From: an archaeon
GTDB lineage: Archaea > Iainarchaeota > Iainarchaeia > Iainarchaeales > CSSED10-239
DNA: 32,000 nt
Reading direction: 5' to 3'
NCBI GenBank assembly: GCA_035400625.1
Contig: DAOMZT010000001.1
Span: 30,001-62,000, forward strand
The notes under the pieces are model-generated. The model was not told where the DNA came from. It saw nothing but the letters and a program-made list of their open reading frames with translations, and ran no database searches. Shown here in pieces: positions 25,450-32,000 of the stretch (the stretch's first letter is position 1; each line of letters opens with the position of its first letter). A program made the translations under genes and the position numbers.

Positions 25450-27621
25450 TTAGTTTAAGCTAACTTTTGTCTTATCTTCGGTTTCAAAGTTGTAGGTTAC
25501 TAGCTGGTTGTCTGAGATGGTATATAGCTCATCGCCGATATACAAAGATCTTAAGATGCCACTATACCAGCTTTGACTGTTTTTGTGATTGATAATCTCT
25601 TTTTCAACAATATCTTTTTCTGTTAACTCAAGAACATAGAAATTCATTCCTGGCTCTCTAGTATTGTAATATTCATTTACTGGAATTACTACTAGATTGT
25701 TCTTTTCAATATATAAGAAGGCCTTGTGATCGTTTTGTATTGGTGTGTAAGAGTTATCAGTATCAACAACATAAGTTGAGACTTCTTTTGGGTCTTTATA
25801 ATCTGAGACATCAAACAAGCTTACTTTTACACCTGCTTGAGAGACACCACCCCACTTGTTGGTTTTTGTGTCTTGACCAACACCAAGTATTAAGGTATCG
25901 CTTATTGGATGCAAGTAATTGCTATAACCAGGTATCTTTAAGAAACCTAAAACCTCTGGGTGCTTTCTATCACTTAAATCTATAACAAAGAAAGGATCCA
26001 TTTGTCTAAAGGTAACTAAATAGACTTTATCATCCATAAACCTTACACTATAGATTGATTCATCCTCTGCTAAGCCATCAAGCTCAGAATACTTTTCAAG
26101 AGATGAATCTAGAATTACTATTGCATTTTCGTTTTTGTAATCTTCATTTCTATATGTAATTGCAACCCTTAGATAACCATCCTTATCTTCATCTAAAGAA
26201 AACTGGTTTAGAAGATCTCCTTGGACAAAGCCAGTTGTTATGTCTCCAAGCTTACCATCTGCCTTTAACTCTATCTTGTTGATGAAAGTCTTTTCTCTTT
26301 CTTTTTGCTTTTTTTGATAATAATTTTCTGTTGCATCTTGTATATCATCGTATAATTCTTCTTTTTTATCTTCATCTAAAGAATTATAATAGTCATTTAA
26401 GATCTCTAAAAGCTTTTCAGGGTCATCAATATTCTTTTCTATTTGGGATTTTACTGAACTTGGATAAATTTCTTTGTAGATTTCTTTAAAGACATCTATA
26501 TTGTTATTATAATAGCCATACAATCTCCAGCCCCAATATTGGTTTTCCTTATGAGCAATATACAGGTTGTTTTCGCTCATATAGATTGTGCTGGAATAAT
26601 CAAGTAATAGGTCTAGAGAATCAATCACTGAATCCTTAGAATCGCTATATTTTAAAGTTGTAACTGTATACATGTTTTTATTTTCTGGCGTTCCATCCTT
26701 TGGCATTACTACAGTTCTTTCTGTGCTTGAAACTTTTCCTGCTTTTGTTTCTATTATTGGGTTGATTATTATATCATCTAATAATATTGGATTAGCATAA
26801 TAGAAACTATAGTTGTTTGTGATTAGATAGACATAGCCGTTTTTTAATCTTGATTGATAATACATACCATCAATTTCAATTTTACTTAACTCTTCTAGGG
26901 CGTTTTCTTTTATCTTGTAAGTTGTAACTACTGTTGTTGGTATTGATAATCTTTGAGGGTAAAGCAAAGAATTATCAAACTTTGACTCTAAGTGATATTT
27001 TGTAGTTACTAGGTATAGTAAATCTTGATCAAGCAATATAGTTTGGATTGTTTCTTCAGGGGTATAATATAAATAATGTCTATTATCTTTTGGTTCTTTT
27101 GAAATCATCAAATCATAGATATCATTAAGTGGTGGATTAACATTGTTTATAACTATTAACTTGTGATCTTTGCCAATAAAGATCTTATCTCCGTTTGTTT
27201 TAACAATATCTCCTTCATCAATGCCTTCTACTTGGACATTAGTTCCGGAATAGTCTTGAGAAACTCCAGTTGCAGAATCATAGCTACTCTCCATTACTAC
27301 TGGAGCAGGAGCACCATCAGTCATGGCACCCCCTACTGAAAGAGACTTCAGCCCTTCATTTCTACTAGAGCTTGTTGAGCCTTGCTGTAAAAGAAGCAAC
27401 ATGTCTTCTTTAGTTAAAACTAAAAAATCAGAGCCTTTAAAATAAACTGGTTGAGTCCGGGTTTTTGTATTGATTGTTGTTGGAGTGTTGGTGTTTGGGT
27501 CTTGAGTAGTGGTTGTTACTACAGGGGCTTTATTAGAATTAGTATTTGTAAGAAAAACAAAAAATAACCCTACCAGTAATATTCCTATTATAATATATAA
27601 AATTGAGTTTTTATTTTTCAT
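25450..27621 (-). CDS. Secreted/anchored beta-propeller-domain protein (Beta_propel, PF09826-like)
   Basis: An N-terminal TM/signal anchor (ILYIIIGILLVGLFFVFL) is followed by a Thr/Pro/Asn linker. Family-typical blocks are VQVEGIDEGDIVKTNGDKIF, VYLVTFRQMDPFFVIDLSDRKHPEVLGFLKIPGYSNYLHP, GVKVSLFDVSDYKDPKE and NDHKAFLY. GGTGG lies 7 nt upstream of the ATG. Confidence 0.8.
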   Translation of the reverse strand: MKNKNSILYIIIGILLVGLFFVFLTNTNSNKAPVVTTTTQDPNTNTPTTINTKTRTQPVYFKGSDFLVLTKEDMLLLLQQGSTSSSRNEGLKSLSVGGAMTDGAPAPVVMESSYDSATGVSQDYSGTNVQVEGIDEGDIVKTNGDKIFIGKDHKLIVINNVNPPLNDIYDLMISKEPKDNRHYLYYTPEETIQTILLDQDLLYLVTTKYHLESKFDNSLLYPQRLSIPTTVVTTYKIKENALEELSKIEIDGMYYQSRLKNGYVYLITNNYSFYYANPILLDDIIINPIIETKAGKVSSTERTVVMPKDGTPENKNMYTVTTLKYSDSKDSVIDSLDLLLDYSSTIYMSENNLYIAHKENQYWGWRLYGYYNNNIDVFKEIYKEIYPSSVKSQIEKNIDDPEKLLEILNDYYNSLDEDKKEELYDDIQDATENYYQKKQKEREKTFINKIELKADGKLGDITTGFVQGDLLNQFSLDEDKDGYLRVAITYRNEDYKNENAIVILDSSLEKYSELDGLAEDESIYSVRFMDDKVYLVTFRQMDPFFVIDLSDRKHPEVLGFLKIPGYSNYLHPISDTLILGVGQDTKTNKWGGVSQAGVKVSLFDVSDYKDPKEVSTYVVDTDNSYTPIQNDHKAFLYIEKNNLVVIPVNEYYNTREPGMNFYVLELTEKDIVEKEIINHKNSQSWYSGILRSLYIGDELYTISDNQLVTYNFETEDKTKVSLN

Positions 27622-27902
27622 ATGTTTTCCACCTTTTTAAATTTTATAGATATGTAAGAAACAAATATATTATAAATAGAAATTATTAATTAGGTTTTTA
27701 CCTAAAAAAGAAATTGCTCTTTAGATTTTTATATGAGCAATCTTAATTATTAAAATAGGCAGAAAAGAGAAAAGAATAGAAATCTTTTTCTCTTTTTTAT
27801 TTGAATATTACTATCGGCAGAAAAAAGGAAGGAAAAGTTCCTTTTGCAGTTCTATTACCAAATTGGGGGTTTTAAAATCTATTACCATTTCTATTCTAAA
27901 AC

Positions 27903-28358
27903 TTACTTAACTACAAAATAAACCTTTCTTCCAGAGTTGACTTTCTGTAAGTGGTTTGCTTTTACTAGGTTATTTAATCTCTGACTTGCAGCATTTGTTC
28001 CTTTATAGCCAAACATTTCTTTGATTTCTTCGGCATCAGCTTTTCCATGCTCCTTTATGTAGCTGATAATCCGTTCGTCTGTTTCTGGCAAAAGAACAAT
28101 TTCTAGGTTATTATTTGAGGTGTTTTTATTTTGTATGGAAGATTGTAACTTTTCGTACTTTTCATTGATTTCACTTAAGATTCTGTTGGTTTCCTTTCTT
28201 TCTTCAAGTAACTTGAAGACCAGAACAGAAAGGACTAAAGGATCTTGAGTTTTTTCCTGAATTGCCATTAAGTCAGACAACCCTAACTCCTTGAATTGAT
28301 TTCCTAACAATTGCTCAAGGAACATTCTTTTAGTCTTGTCTGTGTCATTATCTGTCAT
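27903..28358 (-). CDS. Putative winged-helix DNA-binding protein with an N-terminal coiled-coil region
   Basis: The C-terminal ETDERIISYIKEHGKADAEEIKEMFGYKGTNAASQRLNNLVKANHLQKVNSGRKVYFVV has the H1-H2-H3-wing pattern of MarR/ArsR-like wHTH domains. Confidence 0.55.
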   Translation of the reverse strand: MTDNDTDKTKRMFLEQLLGNQFKELGLSDLMAIQEKTQDPLVLSVLVFKLLEERKETNRILSEINEKYEKLQSSIQNKNTSNNNLEIVLLPETDERIISYIKEHGKADAEEIKEMFGYKGTNAASQRLNNLVKANHLQKVNSGRKVYFVVK

Positions 28359-28360
28359 AG

Positions 28361-28383
28361 TATATCATGATATAGTCATGACT
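28361..28383. promoter_or_regulatory. Two adjacent perfect palindromes sharing a TCATGA core (TATATCATGATATA 28361-28374; AGTCATGACT 28374-28383) between a TATA-like element and the wHTH gene ATG
   Basis: Read directly from the sequence. The TCATGA cores at 28365-28370 and 28376-28381 are 11 nt apart. On the minus strand, CTTTTTATATT lies just upstream. Confidence 0.35.
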
Positions 28384-28710
28384 TTAATATAAAAAGATCG
28401 CTTTCGCTTTTTTTAGAAAAAGAAGTTTTTTGGTTAGAAATCCTAACCATTGGTTGTTTTTTAGCAAAAAAAATAGGCTTTTATCAAAAATTAGGGTCTA
28501 TAAGCGAATTTTGTTTCTTGCTAAGTATATTGTACAAACAACGCAAGCCGTAAGTACTCCTGAAAACTCAAGAACATCTAAAAGCATCATAACCTATCAC
28601 CATTTTCCTTTAAATTTTATATATCTGTATTAGTTTTGCAACTATCTTATTAATAAATGATTGTGTTTGATTTTTTAACTTTTAAGCACAAAAAAATAGG
28701 AAAGGAAACT

Positions 28711-29796
28711 TTAGAACACTCTGGACTCTCTTCTTGGAAATCTAAAGCCATAACTTTTGGTTTTCTCAAGTATCTTGTTAGTAATTAGATCTATTTCTTG
28801 AAGAGTCAAGCGACTTCTTATGTCTGCCTCTATTAAAACTGAAGGGTAGGTGTATTTTGGGTTAAAAGAAGATATCTCAGACACCATTTGAACAAGCTTT
28901 TCTGTGTAGTCCTTTAGAGAAAGACCAAACTCCTTGTAATAAACAAACTCCAGCCTTAGAGGATAATCATTATCTGAAAGTTTCAAATAACAACAATAGA
29001 GATTGTCCCTTATCTCTTCAGGGAAATCAGAAAGTATTGGGTGGGACTTAGGATCCTTGGAATATTTAAAGACACCTGTTCTTTGATTTTTAGAAAGCAG
29101 AGAAAAAACTAAAAAAGCATCAAATAACTCAAAGTCAAAATTTTGATCATTAAAGATTTCTTCTTTTAAAACTGAAAAGAAACGATTTGCCCTAGAGTCT
29201 TCAATTGCACCTGCTAAGAAAATCTTTTTCTCTCTTGCTTCTTTGTAAACAAACAAGAATCTAGAAAGCAAATACTCGTATTTCTTTTTTTGAGGACAAT
29301 CCCTTGTTGGCTTGTTGATGTATTGAGGAATTATGGAGCCGTCAAACAAAAGAAGGTCGGGGACGTTGTTGCATTGTCCAAGAATTAGTGAAGAAATTTG
29401 CAGTTCTTTTTCTAAGCGAGAAATAGATGTGTTCCACATTATTTCTTCTAGTTCTAATGAAGAACTTGAAAGATAGGGTTTTGGCAGATTATACATGTTT
29501 GGAAAATACCTATAGTCTTTTAATTCCCCGTCTTGATAATCAAAAAACACCCCGCTTTCTTTTATGATTGTAATATTTGCAAAATTTAGTTGCTTAGACA
29601 CAAACCCTGAATCAACACCTGCAACTTTTAAAGAAAAGTTTCTTTCATATGAAATGTTCTCTATCAGTTTTTCTTCAGGATTATAAGGATTAGCTACTTC
29701 AGAGATATTAAGAGATCTAAGACGAGAAATAAAGACTTGATTCTTATTATAGGTATTAAGCATCTGCTCAACAATGTTATTAATATCTTGTTCCAT
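28711..29796 (-). CDS. nurA: NurA-like 5'-3' nuclease domain protein
   Basis: KVAGVDSGF (Asp62), SRLEKELQ (Glu129/131), DLLLFDGSIIPQ (Asp152, 21 residues after Glu131) and the C-terminal YTYPSVLIEADIRSR match the order and spacing I recall for the NurA catalytic motifs. The call is motif-based only. Confidence 0.6.
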   Translation of the reverse strand: MEQDINNIVEQMLNTYNKNQVFISRLRSLNISEVANPYNPEEKLIENISYERNFSLKVAGVDSGFVSKQLNFANITIIKESGVFFDYQDGELKDYRYFPNMYNLPKPYLSSSSLELEEIMWNTSISRLEKELQISSLILGQCNNVPDLLLFDGSIIPQYINKPTRDCPQKKKYEYLLSRFLFVYKEAREKKIFLAGAIEDSRANRFFSVLKEEIFNDQNFDFELFDAFLVFSLLSKNQRTGVFKYSKDPKSHPILSDFPEEIRDNLYCCYLKLSDNDYPLRLEFVYYKEFGLSLKDYTEKLVQMVSEISSFNPKYTYPSVLIEADIRSRLTLQEIDLITNKILEKTKSYGFRFPRRESRVF

Positions 29797-29798
29797 GT

Positions 29799-30287
29799 TT
29801 ACTCCAAATTTAATTCTTTCAATAACTCTTTTTCAGTAATTAATTTCTCTTTTTTTAATTTTTTTCTTATTTTCTTAACATATTCTATATCTTCTATAGT
29901 TTCATATTCATCTAGTTTTTCTTTAATAAACTTCATAAATTTCTTATCATTAGTTTCTTTCCCTGCAGTTATATAATATATTTTCAATTGAGGGGATTTT
30001 AATACATTTGTAAATTCTGAATTTGTTTCTGGGTTAAAATAAGTATATATGTATTTTCTATGCCCTACAGAAAGAATGTATATTTTATCAGATTTAAATT
30101 CATAAATAACCCTATAATTTCCTATATGTAAACTTCTACAACCGCTTAGTTCGTGTGACAGTGGTTTTCCTAGTTCTGGGTTTTCAGATAATTGCTCTAG
30201 TTTTTTAAATATTTGATCTTCGATTTTTTTGTCTAATGATTTTAATATTTTCTTTTGTTTTTCTGTAATATAAATCTCAAAGGTCAT
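29799..30287 (-). CDS. RelE/ParE-family toxin domain (aa 1 to about 80) fused to a C-terminal extension of about 80 aa
   Basis: KSLDKKIEDQIFKKLEQLSENPELGKPLSHELSGCRSLHIGNYRVIYEFKSDKIYILSVGHRKYIY is a standard RelE/ParE pattern. It overlaps the upstream antitoxin gene by 4 bp. Confidence 0.75.
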   Translation of the reverse strand: MTFEIYITEKQKKILKSLDKKIEDQIFKKLEQLSENPELGKPLSHELSGCRSLHIGNYRVIYEFKSDKIYILSVGHRKYIYTYFNPETNSEFTNVLKSPQLKIYYITAGKETNDKKFMKFIKEKLDEYETIEDIEYVKKIRKKLKKEKLITEKELLKELNLE

Positions 30288-30505
30288 ATCCTTCCCATCT
30301 CTTTTTTTAAATCAGAAAATTTAATCCCTTTCCCTTCTTTATATTCTTTTCTTGCTTGCGTAACTTCTTTTAAGTCATCAAGCATTTCCATATGATTTAT
30401 TTTTTCGGCAAATGCTTTTCTTGCAACTTCACTCCACCTTATTTCAGAATAATTCTTCATTTTATCATACATTTCTTGCGAAATACTTAGAGTCATATTT
30501 GGCAT
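30284..30505 (-). CDS. Ribbon-helix-helix (CopG-like) type II antitoxin
   Basis: MTLSISQEMYDKMKNY..WSEVARKAFAEKI shows a beta-alpha-alpha pattern, followed by a K/E-rich tail. GGTGA lies 6 nt upstream of the ATG. The gene sits immediately 5' of the RelE-like gene. Confidence 0.7.
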   Translation of the reverse strand: MPNMTLSISQEMYDKMKNYSEIRWSEVARKAFAEKINHMEMLDDLKEVTQARKEYKEGKGIKFSDLKKEMGRI

Positions 30506-30547
30506 AGTTTATCACCAAATAAGTTAATAATCAAACAGTTTTTAAAT

Positions 30548-30572
30548 ATGTGTAACCGCATAAACTACACAT
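30548..30572. promoter_or_regulatory. Inverted repeat ATGTGTA-N11-TACACAT in the antitoxin promoter region; candidate autoregulatory operator
   Basis: Read directly from the sequence. It lies 43-67 nt upstream of the antitoxin ATG, and AT-rich TATA-like tracts flank it on both sides. Confidence 0.3.
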
Positions 30573-30652
30573 TTCTAATTATTATAAATATATTATAGAA
30601 TTAGTAGTTTAAAAAGCTTTTGAGGGTAGATGTCCAGTGCGAAAAAAGAAAA

Positions 30653-31543
30653 TTACATCGCCTCTAGTCTTTTGATTCTTTCTTGTATTGGTGGATGAGT
30701 GGAGAACAGATTTGACAACCCACCTGATGAAAGAGGATTAGCAATATAAAGATGAGCAGTGCCTTTACTTGCATTCTTTACTGGCTGATTAAATCCAGAA
30801 ATCTTTCTTAAAGCACTTGCAAGCCCTTGAGGATATCGTGTTAATTTTCCTGCTGAAGAGTCTGCAAGATATTCTCTGTTTCTAGATAATGCCATTTGAA
30901 TAATAAAAGCAATAAGCGGAGCAAGAATAACTAAAACAATTGCAAGAATTAACAAAGGTATATTCTTATTATCTCGATCTCCACTACCACCATAAATCAT
31001 CCCTCTTAAAGCAATATCTGAAGTTATTGAAACAATACCAAAAAGAACAGAAACAAAGGTCATAACCTGTATATCTCTATTCTGTATATGAGACATCTCA
31101 TGAGCAATTACTCCCTCTAGTTCTTGCCTATTCATCATCTCTAAAAGACCAGTAGTTACAGCAATAGATGAATGCTTTGGATTTCTTCCAGTAGCAAACG
31201 CATTTGGAGACTTATCTTCAATTACATAAACTTTAGGTTTTGGTATTCCCGCAGAAAGAGACAAGCCCTCAACAAGATTAATAAGATAAACATGTTTCTT
31301 CTCATCAGCCTCTTTTGCGCCACTTGTTGCTAAAACAATTTTGTCACCTAGAAAATAACCAATAATTGCATAAACTATTGCAATAACACCAGCAATAAAC
31401 AATATTCCAAAACCTGTAAAATTAAAGATGTACTTTATTGCAATGGCAAGTAAAAATATAAATGCAAAAAAACCAATAAATAAAAATACGGTTTTTAGTT
31501 TATTACTATTAATCTCACTAAAAATATCTCTTCTTTCTGCCAT
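30653..31543 (-). CDS. htpX: HtpX-like M48 zinc metalloprotease (membrane)
   Basis: HEMSHIQNRD (HExxH), two N-terminal and two central TM spans, and the C-terminal STHPPIQERI. Confidence 0.9.
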   Translation of the reverse strand: MAERRDIFSEINSNKLKTVFLFIGFFAFIFLLAIAIKYIFNFTGFGILFIAGVIAIVYAIIGYFLGDKIVLATSGAKEADEKKHVYLINLVEGLSLSAGIPKPKVYVIEDKSPNAFATGRNPKHSSIAVTTGLLEMMNRQELEGVIAHEMSHIQNRDIQVMTFVSVLFGIVSITSDIALRGMIYGGSGDRDNKNIPLLILAIVLVILAPLIAFIIQMALSRNREYLADSSAGKLTRYPQGLASALRKISGFNQPVKNASKGTAHLYIANPLSSGGLSNLFSTHPPIQERIKRLEAM

Positions 31544-31642
31544 AATTTATCAGTTATTAATCAGTTGTTTACTATATAATAGATAATAATAACATTTAAA
31601 AAGAAATACATCTTAAAAATAATAAGCACAAAATGGAGAGAT

Positions 31643-32000
31643 TATGACAAAAAACAAATATGAATATTATAATCCTGATTTTCAAAAAATTATAGAAAAT
31701 ATTAAAAAAAACAATTTAACAATAAAAGATCTCTCTGAATATTTTCTTAAAAATAACACATCTGATAAATCACAAGTAATCAAAGAACTTTTAAGACTAA
31801 ACAATATTGAAGATATAATATACGGTTCCGAAATAATAGATGAAAAAAAACAACTTCTTTCTAAATTTCTAGAAAAAGAATTATCAGATTACATAGTAAA
31901 TTACTTTATGGGCTATAGACAGCTAACCAAAATATTTGAACAAAGAAATATTGAAGAGATAATAATTAATGATTTTGATAAAGTGTTTATTATTGATAGA
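31643..32000 (+). CDS. Type II/IV secretion-system-family ATPase (archaeal pilus/archaellum assembly type), N-terminal fragment that continues beyond the window
   Basis: The ORF is open to the window edge and GGAGA lies 4 nt upstream of the ATG. The end of the visible part, MGYRQLTKIFEQRNIEEIIINDFDKVFIIDR, matches the G.L..l..d..ieEI.iN....v.v motif preceding the ATPase core. The Walker motifs are not in the window. Confidence 0.5.

Noticed and set aside
28430-28633. 67-aa plus-strand ORF in the long spacer.
   Set aside because: It has a non-ATG start and no SD. Its orientation opposes all neighbours and its sequence is low-complexity. The minus-strand 30-aa ORF has better signals, though it too remains unproven.
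1-32000. Search for CRISPR arrays, rRNA genes, additional tRNAs, C/D-box sRNAs (UGAUGA...CUGA) and IS/transposase/integrase genes.
   Set aside because: No regularly spaced direct repeats were found, and no GC-rich structured segments other than the tRNA at 3761-3833. No convincing C/D box pairs were seen in the intergenic regions inspected, and no ORF has DDE or tyrosine-recombinase motifs. The visual scan is not exhaustive, so covariance-model searches should confirm this.

Overview
AT-rich, gene-dense archaeal fragment of about 36 genes, with short intergenic gaps and several 4-8 bp gene overlaps. The archaeal origin is inferred from gatD/gatE, an archaeal/eukaryote-type TrpRS, a NurA-like nuclease and an A1-U72 tRNA-Gln. 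The small-genome, DPANN-like style is a guess from composition and compactness only. Content from left to right: (i) a partial Lrp/AsnC regulator divergent from an orphan 496-aa protein. (ii) trpS, a HAD hydrolase, tRNA-Gln(CUG) and a small Lys-rich Cys/His protein. (iii) A long minus-strand block: CNNM/CBS transporter, 170-aa orphan, HIT protein, a 64-aa MetRS-like relic, a membrane protein, gatE, gatD and GtrA. (iv) A TldD/PmbA pair. (v) A surface-glycan biosynthesis cluster of about 10.5 kb (14.0-24.5 kb): 2 methyltransferases, 2 GT4, a NodB-like protein, a GT26, gmd-fcl-galE, a Wzx-like flippase and a second GtrA. Its left half looks even more AT-rich than the rest. (vi) Endonuclease III, a secreted 723-aa beta-propeller protein and a wHTH protein. 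(vii) A tightly packed RHH-antitoxin / double-length RelE-like toxin / orphan NurA-like nuclease unit. (viii) HtpX and the 5' end of a type II/IV-secretion-family ATPase. No rRNA, CRISPR array, transposase or integrase was recognised. The best candidates for something new are the antitoxin-toxin-NurA unit with its unusually long downstream spacer, the degenerate orphan next to Lrp, the MetRS relic beside a HIT gene, and a four-segment alternating repeat downstream of the second GtrA gene. All functional calls rest on motif recognition by eye. No database search was run.
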